A stretch of DNA of 64,000 nucleotides from Thalia democratica (taxonomy: Eukaryota): contig OZ241828.1 of NCBI GenBank assembly GCA_965202585.1, positions 35,588,001 through 35,652,000 on the forward strand, read 5' to 3'. The notes under the pieces were generated by a model. The model made no database searches. It saw nothing but the letters and a program-made list of their open reading frames with translations, and was not told the DNA's origin. Below, one piece after another: positions 1 to 12,416 of this stretch (the first letter of the stretch is position 1; each line of letters begins with the position of its first letter). The position numbers and the translations under genes are program-made.

Positions 1-390
1 AACGCTGTGAATTTTGATTTTACTTTTAAGTTTTACTTTAGTAACTTGATACATTTCAAATACCATTAGTAATTAAAAGTTTTACTTTAGTACAAACTTT
101 TCAATTACTTTTATTCGTACTTCTCAACAATAAATATGCAAATGTTAATTACACTTTTTGTTTCTTACAATATATTCTACTTATTACCATTTTTTAGTGT
201 TTATTTAAAGTTCAAAATACATTAAATATTGAAAACTTTGTATTACTAGCTCAACTAATTAAAATTTGTTGTAGAACAATAGCCGCCCAACAAACTTTAA
301 ACATAAATATATTAAACGTATGAATAAACTATGTATACAAAATGAAATTACAGAAGTTATCTTTATTTATTCTTAGTCACATTCTAAGAT

Positions 391-658
391 TTAAATTTGT
401 GCACGATTCTCCTTATTTCGATTGTACAAAGTAAAGACAAAATAAGCGGCACAAACAATCAAGACTCCTGATCCAATACCAGCAAAGTAAACACTTCTGT
501 CGTCAGTTGTTCCAACACTAGTGTCGCCAACGAGAGCTTCTGAAGATGCGCAAGGCTTGTTTTTCGGCTTGAAGCAAATGTAATCGTAAAAATCGGTCTC
601 GCACCAAGTGTACTCTACAGCAAGTGCAGTTGGATCCATAGGCCATAGCAAAGCCAAT
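391..658 (-). pseudogene. 5'-truncated C-type lectin domain/TM gene (lectin 0); only the C-terminal ~89 codons remain
   Basis: Frame LALLWPMDPT...WCETDFYDYICFKPKNKPCASSEAL+TM matches the C-terminal half of 8814-9416. Homology stops abruptly at ~659 (AAAGCCAAT|TTAAACTAAG), where sequence also found at 7361 begins; there is an in-frame TAG two codons upstream. Confidence 0.8.
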
Positions 659-2020
659 TTAAACTAAGTTGTTTTAATTACAATTTTAGTTAAATTTAAA
701 AAAAATAGAAGGTTCATTAACATGTATTTTGAAAAGTTAGTCAAATTAAGTTTTCTGTTGAAGAAAGGTTCAACTTATACTTAGGTTTAAAAAAAATGTT
801 TGGTTTTTATGATGCTTTTAGATAATAATATTGTTTTAAACTTGTAATATAGACGCGTTTACAAACAAAGCATATAATAAATGAAATCAATGAAGTATAC
901 ATATTTGATTCATCTTGTAACCAATCACAGTTATATTTACGGAAATTAGTAATAAATATCATTTGACATTTTGTTTTGTGAAATTATATATATAAATTTT
1001 TGATATAACTTATATCAGAATAATCATTATCTAAAAACTAGTTTAAACTACTCTTAAAATTTGATGTTTTTGCTACTGTAGCTCTTATATTTTTATTATA
1101 AAGAAATTAATGTATTATACAGATTAAATATTTTATTTTTTTACGCTTGTTTCGTTTTTACATTGATTGTCTCTATCAAGTTGAAGTTACAATTATAAAT
1201 AATTACTTGTAGCTATAAAAACTTGACAACTTATAGTAAGTATAAAAGTATTCCTGAAAGTACTTATATTTTAACTTTTTAAATCGTACAATTTTTTTAG
1301 TATTTATCGTAAGTGTTTGAGTTTATTTTCATAACCAACTTTTTTTATTATAACTGAGGTAACATTAATTTCCATGTTCGTTATTACTGAAATCAGCATC
1401 TTATTTTACTTTGTATTTTAGTTGTAATTTTTGATACTCATTAACAAATCTTTACAAATAGTTGAAAAATAATTATGTAAGTATAAAATTTTTAATATTT
1501 TTAAAAATACGCACTATGTAGCTCAAACGCTTAAAGTCAATTAAACTGTTTTTTTTTTATAATGCCGTCAATATGTTTTTTTTTTTTCGTGTTCAGTAAA
1601 CATGTTTTGTTTTTTTACAGAATTACAATGTTGCCTTGAATTTTATTAGTTTTTATTTTCCCTATAACTAATCACAAAAAGTTGATAAAACGGTGAAATG
1701 ATTTAAAACTAAAGATAAAAATTGTTTTAAGTTGCCGTTTTAGCTATTTAAAGCATTTAGTAACATACACTAACTTTTTAGAACGTTTATTATTACACTA
1801 GTTTTGCAAGTGTAATGAAGTGTAATTTTGCAGTTGCTCCTTTTTTAGCAACTCCAGACGATTATTACAGCGTGCTATATGGTTAATTAAAACAGTTTTT
1901 GTTCTAGAAAACTAACTAAAATAGCTGACTAAATAATAAATTAGACGTCAACAAAAAAAAATTAAATACAGTTTATTTAAAATTACTCTATAAGTTCAGC
2001 GAAATATTTTAGTGAGCATC

Positions 2021-2623
2021 TCAGTTTTTTTTAACTCGGTTTAAAAATTTAACAACAAAGACAACTGCACAAATAATTAAAGCGAAAGCTCCAAAACCTG
2101 CAAGAAAAAGAATTTTGACATCAGTAGTTTTGAAACTTGCTTCACTAACAACAGCTTCTGATGATGCGCATGGCTTGTTTTTCGGCTTGAAGCAAATATA
2201 ATTGAACGGATGAGTCTCACACGACGTGTACTTTACAGCGATTGCAGTTGGATCCATAGGCCATAGCAAAGCCAATGGGCATCTACCATTCGCTAGTTCA
2301 TGATATTGGTCGTCTTTGTAAAAAGCACCGTGTTTTTCTTTGTCGAATTCAACGCCGTTCATGAAAACCTTTTTGCTGTTATCGTAAGCAACTTCTAGCC
2401 CTACCATGTATTGCGTAAAATCTCTACCAGTAAGAATGTTCTCTTCATTTTCAGCGCTCAAAACTTCAACAATCGCGTCGAAATCTTCTTTTTCAGTTAT
2501 TGGAGCCAATTATTGTCCTTGCTTCGCGCATTCTTTTTGAGCAGCTGTAAAATTTTGGTTAACCTTGAAATGAACAGTGAAGGTACCTGAAGGTCTTTCG
2601 ATGTCTACGTAGTATTTAACCAT
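2021..2623 (-). pseudogene. C-type lectin domain/TM gene (lectin 1) with premature stop
   Basis: Same 603-nt span as 8814-9416 with ATG at 2621-2623, but codon 38 is TAA (2510-2512) where the paralog has ATA (CAA TAA TTG vs CAA ATA TTG). Splice acceptor TTTTACAG at 2643-2650; AATAAA at 1972-1977. Confidence 0.85.
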
Positions 2624-3108
2624 TATTATAAGTTTATAAAGCCTGTAAAATAATTTTTTATAACGATTATAATAATAATTTTTAAAATAAAAAAAAAAAC
2701 ATTGTTTTTAGGTATGTCTAGGATTTTTTTTCAATTTTTACAATTTATAGTTCATTGACTTACCTAAAGAACAATAAATTAGATCTATCTAAAACTAATT
2801 CACATTAAAAGCTTTAATAAATAATTGAACTAATTATTTTACGTCTTTTTAATTTTTGTAACTTAGAAAGACATTATACCACTTATCTTCAATAAAAAAA
2901 TTTGAGCTGATTTACAATGAGGCAAGCGAGGTCAATATATATGAGCTTTATTTAAAAAGTTAATTTAAAATACATTAAATATTCGAAAAAAAAAATCAAA
3001 GTACTCTTCCGTAGTGTTTTTACAATTAAAAATTTTTAAGGGTAAAAACAATTTTTGAATTTTTTTATACAGAAAATAATTAAATAATCATTATTGTTTA
3101 ATTTTATA

Positions 3109-3392
3109 GGGTTATGGTTAACTTTAGGTGAGCACCAATACCAAGCTGAAATTCTAATACATTTGATGTCTTATTTAATCTTAACTTTAGGCTAAAAATT
3201 TATATTTTATAAATACATCTTATTTATGTAATTTCTTAGTTTATGATATATTAATTTAGCTCCCTCTAACTATTTATATAGCTTGTTTAAAACAAAGTAT
3301 CGTTTTTTAGCCTAAAGTTATGGTAAAAAAAGACATCGAACTTATTATATTTTCATTTTGATATTGGAGCTAACCTAAAGTTAATCATAACC
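3109..3392. mobile_element. MITE/foldback element, 284 bp, long imperfect terminal inverted repeats, TA/TATA target-site duplication
   Basis: Left arm GGGTTATGGTTAACTTTAGGTGAGCACCAATA vs reverse complement of right arm GGTTATGATTAACTTTAGGTTAGCTCCAATA. Inner arms (TTGATGTC...AACTTTAGGCTAAAAA) also pair. TATA at 3105-3108 and 3393-3396; absent at the paralogous site (~9950). Confidence 0.85.
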
Positions 3393-3399
3393 TATAATA

Positions 3400-5819
3400 G
3401 TGCATAGTGTTTTTATTGTTTATAATCTCTAAATACTTTAAAACTTTTAAACCCTATAAAATTGATTTCTTTTAAATACTTTCCTTGTTCTAATCCTCTT
3501 ATAAATATTTCTACTCGCAATAACTTTATATAATAATATAAAAAAACTGTTATGTTAAACAAGTTCTTATAAAAAATTATTAACAATAAAAACTGTAGAC
3601 GTGTTATTTCTTATTATAATACTGAAACTCAAAAAGTTATAGTATTTTATTTTTTAGTAATACTTTATTTTAATTAAAATACTTAAATTTTTGTTGAAAT
3701 GCTTCACGATAAAAAAAAAGCTATTTACAAGGTCTCGATTAAGATTAAAACTGTAAAAAGTTGCTAAAGCATACTTTAAAAAGTAATTTTAAAATTTTGC
3801 TTCATTTTTTAAAAGATATTAAATTTCTGTTAACACATACCTACAAATAAATCGTAAAATCAATGACTTTTTTGACAACACTATTGTGTATATCAGGCTA
3901 TAACGGCTATTTTCAGTAGCCGAAATACAAGTAACATTATTTCCAACTTTAACCTAGTTATGTTTGAAAACTTTAAAAGAACAGACTAACTAGGATGTCC
4001 AGAAATACCTTTGATGATTATAGTATTGAACATAATATTTTAAACGCTTTGTTATAAGATATTTGAAAAATAAATCTTGTTGTAAATTAAAATGCTTTAA
4101 CAGAAAACATTTTAACAATCGAACAAAACTATATTTTATTTAATTTTTTAAGCATATAATAAAATACTGATTCATTTGTGTGCCACAAGTATTGATGTAT
4201 AAAAAACTTATTCAAAAAGACTACCATTAAGCTGAAAGTCAAACTTTTTCGAAAGTGAAAAAATAAATGACTTGTATAATCAATACAACACTAGTTTTAG
4301 CGTTTTTAATAAACTTTTGTACTATAAAAGAATCTTATGTTTATTAATTACAATAAATATATGTCAATGGCAAGCTAACACGAATAATACTAACTTAAAT
4401 AATTTTGAAATCAATTTAGTACTTTGTTAGTTGTAATTGAAAAGTTTCTAAAAAACCTTGGTAGTGTTAATAAAACCAAAAGCTTATAATGATACAAAAC
4501 TTTTTCAATACGTCTTATATAGAAAGTATTTTAAAAAGCACTACTGTGTAATTTGATAGTGCATTGTGTTTATATTGTCTATAATCTCTAAATACTTTAA
4601 AACTTTTAAACACTATAAACTTAATTTCTTTTAAGTACTTCATTTGTGATAATCCTTATTTATTTAATACTACTACGATGTTCAATGTGTAGTTCTCTAC
4701 TTATTATTAATAATATTAAAAACAGTTATGGCAAACTAGTACTTACATAAAATGTTTTTAATAATAAAAACTGTATATGTGTTGTTTCTTGTTTTGGAAT
4801 AAAATGATAGTTCGATATTAGAACTTAAAAACTAATATGTTTTAAAGTTTTTAGTAATATTCTATTTTAAATAAAATACTTTTTTTTTTCGTTGAAATGC
4901 TTTACGATAAATGATATTACTACCATGATGTCGATTAAAGTTTAAGTAACTGTAATACAAGTAACACTTTTCTAAACTAAACCATATTTTTAGTGGGAAA
5001 CTTGGGTTAATAAACTAAACAGGTTGTCTAGATAAATGTTTAAAATGATTGACGTAGTAAACTAAACCTCATAAAGTAGATATTTTAAAAGATGTACAAA
5101 AATATTTGGAGTTTAATCAAAGTAATATATATTACTTTTAAATTACAAACTCTGACAAAATGGTTTTACAGAAATGTTATATCAATCGGAAAAGACTAAA
5201 TTTTTGTTCATTTTAAAAAAATACTTAATAAAAAACTGTTTCAACTATATTGTGACTTCTTCTGAGTTTCAATCAAACTTAAACAAAATGTTTACCGTTA
5301 AGCTTAAAGTTAAACTATTGAAAAATTCAACAGTTCGAAAAAGCAATAACTCGATCAGTTAGCATTGATAAAGACTTTAGTTATCCTCATAATAAACTAT
5401 TAGAATATTTTTGACTAAATGAAAATTAAGTTTAGTAGAATTTTTAAAGAAAGTATTCGCGAGGAATTCATGTTCTGTACGATATGTTTCACTGTTATCC
5501 TAATAATTTGATAATAAAGTTTTCAAACGTAAAGTTTATTCGTGTTTAAAAAAGTGAGTACAATCAATGTATAGTTGATTACAAAAAACAAACTTAAGTT
5601 TTTATTTTGAATATATCTGAATAAAGCTTGAAATAGTTTTTTTAAATGAACTTAGGTGGTTGCCTTTACAAATATATCAAAGTTCAAAAAAGTTTAGCTA
5701 AATGAAGAGTCATAATCTTTTTAATTTCTTGCTAAAAAGGCAGTTGAGTTATGTATGAGTACTAAAAAAAAATCACATTCTTTACTTTCAAAAAAATTAA
5801 TTAAATTTGTGTACAACCT
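3400..5819. repeat. Older internal ~1.15-kb direct duplication upstream of lectin 1 (3400-4550 / 4555-5819)
   Basis: GTGCAT..TATTGT(T/C)TATAATCTCTAAATACTTTAAAACTTTTAAA at ~3400 and ~4560, with further colinear blocks; mirrored at 9955/11155. Confidence 0.75.
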
Positions 5820-5828
5820 AATTAATAT

Positions 5829-5968
5829 GGGAACGGGTCACTTTTGCACGAGCGTCACTTTTGCACGAGGGGACACTTTTGCACGGCGACTCTTTTTCAC
5901 GAGCGTCACTTTAGTATGAGGGGACACTTTTAAACGGCGTCACTTTTGCAGGCAGGGTCACATAAAAG
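5829..5968 (+). repeat. GC-rich 17-bp minisatellite (G(C/G)GTCACTTTTGCACGA, about 7 units, 51-bp higher order) starting with GGGAACG; likely subterminal region of a non-autonomous DNA transposon
   Basis: Units readable directly. Absent at the paralogous site (after 12416). Related motif in reverse orientation at 33596-33635 and 54468-54523. Confidence 0.75.
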
Positions 5969-7219
5969 TGATTAATTAAAGATTATATTTCTTTTTAGTT
6001 TTAAATTTAATAACAATTAATTCCAAATTTGACGAAAAATTAAAGTTAACATTTAACTAAATATAAACTAACAAGTACTCTCTTTATTAAAAAATAATAT
6101 CACTGTATGTCTTACTTTTTTTATTAAACATTAAAACATTTACTGTACATGTAAAAAACTTTAGTGCTAAATGCGTTTATCTTCTTCTAATTTGTTTTTG
6201 TACAAAAAAGCTTTAAAATTAATTCACAACTGCTCTACTTAGTACTAAAAGTAAAATAATGAACAGAAAATAAAAGTTTACTTTAAACCTTGATTTATTT
6301 GCTTTAGCTAAGTTTTGTTTAGTTTTTAATCTTTTCTTGCATACCTATTTCCAGTTTAACGTGAAAACAAAAAAATTTAAAAACAAATGTATTCGTTATC
6401 ACAGTTACGTAAAAAAACTATGAAAATATAGTTTCAAATATTTTATATCTTTTCAAACTTTCTACGATCTAAACCAGAACATAAAAAGAAATTTAAAGTT
6501 TTTTAAATTAAAAATTTATAAAAACTATGTCTAATATTTATCTTATTCAAATTTGTGTGTTTAAATAGTAAAATAGCTTTTGACCTATTAAAACTGAGAA
6601 CTAATCGATTTTTGTAAGAAAGCATTAAGGAGGGATTTAAATTCTGTACGACATGTGTCAACATTAACCTGTTAATATACAGGAAAAAATTAAGTTTAAT
6701 GCTAACTTATTTTTTGGTAACAGTCAAACTAAAAGTGTAACTAAAGTAAAGTTTTACTCTTAATCTAGAATGATTTGCTTCAGTTAAGCTTTTATTTAAT
6801 ATTTAAAGTTTTTCATGCGTACTAAATTTAAAATTTTATGTGATAACAAAATATTTCAAAAACTATTTAAAACATTACCGCACTTATGTAAAAAACTGTG
6901 ATAGATTAATTTTAAATACTTTATCTCTTTTTAAGTTTTATACAATTCTAATACTGAAACTTAAATATATCTAAAGTTATTTATTTATTATTTAACTATA
7001 TATATATAAAAACAAAAAAAACCTATTTGTACAATTTTGTATGATAAAAGCGGTAAAGTAAGTTTGTTCTATTAAAGTCAAGTTTTAATTGAGTTTTTTA
7101 AGTATTCGCGAGGAAAAAGATTCACTGTATAGCATGTTTAAACATTTACTTAATACTTATCAGACAGAGATTAACTTACTATTAAATTGCATCCTTTTTT
7201 TGGTCAAAGTTAAAAATCA

Positions 7220-7350
7220 AGTATCTAGGTTAAAGACTATATGTACTTACTTAACAACACTTATAAGTTACTACTTAGTAACTTAAGTAAATTATCTAAC
7301 TAATAGAATCAGTCAAGCAGTACTTGCTTCAACCAAAAACATTTTTCTTA
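7220..7350. repeat. ACTTA/TAAGT-rich dispersed repeat at the lectin duplication junction
   Basis: Partial similarity by eye to 34465-34650 and 55870-56043. Confidence 0.4.
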
Positions 7351-8813
7351 CTCTAGTATTTAAACTAAGTTGTTTTAATTACAATTATAGTTAAATTTTA
7401 AAGAAAACTTTAAGAACATTTGTAAGTTCTCTAATAAATCTTTTTATTTATATATTTAAGTTTTAGATTTTAAAAAGATTTAATATAATTCTAAATTAGA
7501 ATGTTCATAAACATGTATTTTTGAAAAATTTGCCAAATTAAGTTTTCTGTTGAAGAAAGGTTCAACTTATACTTAGGTTTAAATAAAATGTCTGGTTTTT
7601 ATCATGTTATTAGATAATAATATTGTCTTAAAACTTGTAATATAGACACGTTTACAAACAAAGCATATAAAAAATGAAAAAAATGAAGTAAAAATATTTG
7701 ATTCATCTTGTAACTAATCACAATTATATTTACGGAAATTAGTAATAAATATCTTTTGATATTTTGTTTTGTGAAAGCAGATATATAGAATTTTTGATAT
7801 AACTTATATCAGAATATTCATTATCTAAATACTAACTTAAACTACTTTTAAAATTTGATGTTTTTGCTACCATAGCTCTTATATTATTTTACTATAAAGG
7901 AACTAATGTATTATACAGATTAAATATTTTATTTTCTTTACGCTTGTTTCGTTTTTACATTGATTGTCTCTATCAAGTTGAAGTTACAAGTATAAATACT
8001 TACTTGTAGCTATAAAAACTTGATACCTTATAGTAAGTATGAAAGTACTCCTGAAAGTACTTATATTTAAACTTTTTAAATCATACAATTTTTTTAGAAT
8101 TTATCAGAAGTGTTTGAGTTTATTTTTATAAGCAACTTTTTTCATTATAATTGAGGTAACATTAATTTCCATGTTCTTTATTACTGAAATGAGCACCTTA
8201 TTTTACTTTGTATTTTAGTTGTAATTTTTGATACTCATTAACAAATTTTTAGCAATAACTTAAATATAATCATGTGTGTATAAAATTTTTAATATTTTAA
8301 AAAATACGCACTATAAAGCTCAAACGCTTAAAGTCAATTAAACTGTTTTTTTTTTATAATACCGTCAATATGTTTTTTTTTTCGTGTTCAGTAAACATGT
8401 TTTGTTTTTTTACAGAATTACAATGTTGCCTTGAGTTTTAATAGTTTTTATTTTCGCATTAACTAATCACAAAAAGTTGATAAAACGGTGAAATGATTTG
8501 TAACTAAAGATAAAAATTGTTTTAAATTGCCATTTTAGCTATTTAAAGCATTTAGTAACAAACACTAACTTTTAAAACGTTTATTATTACTCTAATTTTG
8601 CAAGTGTAATGAAGTCTAATTTTGCAGTTGCTACTTCTTTAGCAACTCCAAACCATTATTACACCGTGCTATATGGTTAATTAAAATAGTTTTTGTTCTA
8701 GAAAACTAACTAAAATAGCTGACTAAATAATAAATTTGACGTCAACAATAAAACTTTAATACAGTTTATTTAAAATTACTCTATAAGTTCAGCGAAATAT
8801 TTTAGTGAGCATC

Positions 8814-9416
8814 TCAGTTTTTTTTAACTCGGTTTAAAAATCTAACAACAAATACAACTGCACAAATAATTAAAGCGAAAGCTCCAAAACCTGCAAGAAA
8901 AAGAATTTTGACATCGTAATTTTTGAAACTTGTTTTACTAACAACAGCTTCTGATGATGCGCATGGCTTGTTTTTCGGCTTGAAACAAATGTAATCGAAC
9001 AGATGAGTTTCGCACCAAGTGTACCTTACAGCAATTGCAGTTGGATCCATAGGCCATAGCAAAGCCAATGGGCATCTACCATTCGCTAATTCATGATATT
9101 GGTCGTCTTTGTAAAAAGCACCGTGTTTTTCTTTGTCGAATTCAACGCCGTTCATAAAAACCTTTTTGCTGTTATCGTAAGCAACTTCTAGCCCTACCAT
9201 GTATTGCGTAAAATCTCTACCAGTAAGAATGTTCTCTTCATTTTCAGCGCTCAAAACTTCAACAATCGCGTCAAAATCTTCTTTTTCAGTTATAGGAGCC
9301 AATATTTGTCCTTGCTTCGCGCATTCTTTTTGAGCAGCTGTAAAATTGTGGTTATACTTGTAATGAACTGTGAAGGTACCTGAAGGTCTTTCGATGTCTA
9401 CATAGTATTTAACCAT
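8814..9416 (-). CDS. C-type lectin-like domain protein with C-terminal transmembrane helix, 200 aa, single coding exon (lectin 2)
   Basis: CTLD pattern NFTAAQKECAKQGQILAPI...YMVGL...KVFMNG...GRC...TWC...YIC (four canonical Cys). No EPN/QPD or WND Ca2+ motifs. Hydrophobic ILFLAGFGAFALIICAVVFVV followed by a basic tail. Acceptor TTTTACAG just upstream. Confidence 0.85.
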   Translation of the reverse strand: MVKYYVDIERPSGTFTVHYKYNHNFTAAQKECAKQGQILAPITEKEDFDAIVEVLSAENEENILTGRDFTQYMVGLEVAYDNSKKVFMNGVEFDKEKHGAFYKDDQYHELANGRCPLALLWPMDPTAIAVRYTWCETHLFDYICFKPKNKPCASSEAVVSKTSFKNYDVKILFLAGFGAFALIICAVVFVVRFLNRVKKN

Positions 9417-9954
9417 TATTATAACTTTATAAAGCCTGTAAAATATTTTTTTAACGATTATAATAATGATTTAAAAAAAAAGGCTTTAAATTCAAGCATG
9501 TCTAGGAGCTTCTTCGAAAACTAATAATTTATTCTTCATTAACTTACCTAAAAAACAAAAAATTAGATTTAAACATAAAAAAATGATAGATACATAAAAT
9601 AATAACCAACAGTCGAAAAAAAAATCACATTAAAAGCTTGTATAAATAATTATACTGTTTATTTTACTTATTTTACGTCTTTTTAAGTTTTTGTAACTTA
9701 GAAAAAACATTATACCATTTATCTTCAAAAAAAAAATTTGAGCTGATTTATAATGAGGCAAGCGAGGTCAACATATATAAATTTTATTAAAAAAGATTAA
9801 TTTAAAATACATAAAAAAAAATTCTAAAAAAAAAAAAAAATTTCAAAGTATTGTTCTATAATGTTTTTATAATCAAAAAGTTATATTGGTACAAACAACT
9901 TTTAAAACATTTTATATAGAAAATGATGAAAAATAATTTTTTTAAATTAGCTAG

Positions 9955-12416
9955 TGCATTATCATTATGTTTCTATTGTCTATAATCTCTAAATACTTCA
10001 AAACTTTTAAACATTACAAAATCAATTTTTCTTAAATACTTCCTTTGTTCTAATCCTCTTTTAAATAATACTTCTTACAATAACTAAAGTTTCGTTTATC
10101 TCTACTCAACATTACTACGTTAAAGAAGTTCTTATAAAATATTGTTATCAATAAAAATTGTATACGTGTTATTTCTTATTAAGATTAAAAGTTTTAGGAT
10201 GATACTGAAACTCAAAAAGTAATATATACTACTTTTTTACCAATACTCTATTTTAACTAAAATACTTATTTATTTGCTAAAATGCATCACGATAAAAAAA
10301 TTAGTTTATTTAAATGATCTTGATTGAGATTAAAAGTGAAAGAAATCACTAAAACATAATAAAAAATAATATTTTAACAATTTGGCTATATCAGTTTATA
10401 AATAATTAAATTTCCACCAAAACATGCTTACAAATCAATAGTAAAACTAATGACCTTTTTGACAACACTATTGTGTTTTTCATTTAGAATAACCGTAATA
10501 TAAGTAACATTATTCTTTTCTGAAATCTAGTAATATTTGCAAACTTTAAAAAATAGACTAACTAGGTTGTCTTGAAAAATGTTAAAAATGATTAAAGTAG
10601 TAAATTAAATTTCATTAAGTAAATATTTTAAACGCGTATATTAAAGATTTTTGAAACTTTAATCTTGTTGTAAATGTTATTGCTTTTACAGAAGTATTTT
10701 TGACAATAGGACAAAACTATGGCTTAGTTAATTTTTTTAGTTATATAATAAAAGAAAATTTCAACTATATGTAACAATTATCAGAGTACAAATAAAACTT
10801 ATTCAAAAAGATTAACATTAAGCTAAAAGTTAAACATTTTTAAATTTAAAAAATAAATTGTAAAATAAATACAAAACTTCTAGTCTTAGCGTTATTATTA
10901 AGCTTCCGTTACATTTAAAAGATATATATATATTATCTATTTACAACAAATATATACTAATAGCAAGGTAAAAAACAATATACTAAATTATTTAGTTTTG
11001 AAAACAATTTATTCTTTTTTTAATTGTAACTGAAAAGTTCCAAAAAAAAAAAATTGGTAGTGTTAATAAAACCAAAAGCTTATAATGATACAAAACTTTT
11101 TCAGTACATTTTATATAGAAATTATTTTAACGAGCACCACTGTGTAATTTGATAGTGCATTGTGTTTATATTGTCTATAATCTCTATATACTTTAAAACT
11201 TTTAAACATTATAAACCTAATTTCTTTTAAGTACTTCATTTGTGACAATCTTTATTTATTTATTACTATACCGATGTTCAATGTGTAGTTCTCTACTTAG
11301 TTTTAACAATATTAAAAAAAACTATGGTAAACTAGTACTTACATAAAATGATTTAAATGATAAAAACTGTATATGTGTTGTTTATTTTTTTGAAATAAAA
11401 TAATACTTTGATACTTAAACTCAAAAACTAATGTGTTTTAACTTTTTTAATAATATTCTATTTTATTAAAAATACTTATTTTTTTCGTTAAAATTCTTTA
11501 CGATAAAAGAATTTACTAAGATGATGTCGATTAAAGCTCAAGTAACTGTAATATAAGTAACACTTTTCTAAACTAAACTATAGTTTAACTTAAAAACTTG
11601 GGTTAATATACTAAACAGGTTGTCCAGATAAATGTTTTAAATGACTGATGTAGTAAACCAAACCTCATAAAATAGATATTTTAAAAGATGTACAAAAATG
11701 TTTGGAAACTTGATCAAAGTAATGCACATTACTTTTTAATTACAAACGCTGACAAAATACTTTTACAGAAATGTTATATCAATCGGAAAACACTAAACTT
11801 TATTTCATTTTTAAAAATATTAAATAAAAAAAAGTTTTAACTATATTGTAACTTTTATCTGATTTTCAATAGAATTCAAACAAAAATTTTACCGTTAACT
11901 TTAAAGTTAAACTTTTGAACAAATTCAACAGTTCGTAAAAGTAATTACTCGTTCAGATAGCATTTATAAAGGCTTTAGTTATCTTGCTCAGAAACTAATA
12001 GAATATGTTTGATTTGATGAAAATTAAACTTAGTAGATTTTTTTTTAAATATTCCCGAGGAAGACATGTTTTGTACGATGTGTGTCACTATTATCCTAAA
12101 AATTTGATAATAAAGATTTTCAAATGTTAAGTTTTTTGTATTCAAAACAGTGAGTTTAATCAATGTATAATTGATTACACAAATGAAACTTAAGTTTTTA
12201 TTTTGAATACAACTGAATAAAGTTTAAACTATTTTTTATAAATGAACTTAGGTATTTGCCATTAGCGAATATTTCAAAGTTTAAAAAAATTTAGCTAGAT
12301 GATGAGTAACAATGTTTTTAATTTCTTGCTAAAAGGCAGTTGAGTTATGTATGAGTACTAAAAATAAAATCACATTATTTACTTTCAAAAAAATAAATTA
12401 AATTTATGTACAACCT
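9955..12416. repeat. Internal ~1.2-kb direct duplication upstream of lectin 2
   Basis: Counterpart of 3400-5819; subunit starts at ~9955 and ~11155. Confidence 0.75.

Larger units (their letters stand above)
659..6850. repeat. Lectin-array tandem duplication, unit 1 (paralogous to ~7361-12850)
   Basis: Colinear matches by eye: 659 vs 7361, 2021 vs 8814, 2920 vs 9755, 4560 vs 11155, 5810 vs 12410, 6645 vs 12726. Right end is approximate. Confidence 0.9.

Noticed and set aside
1-120. TTTTACTT-rich stretch at the window start as a transposon end
   Set aside because: Truncated by the window edge and low complexity; cannot be supported.
2158-2170. CTGATGA at ~2158 and ~8951
   Set aside because: Inside lectin coding sequence (antisense of SSE); no GAAA or stems.
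5829-5968. Possible CRISPR-like array
   Set aside because: Contiguous degenerate 17-bp units without unique spacers, in a eukaryotic intron-containing context.
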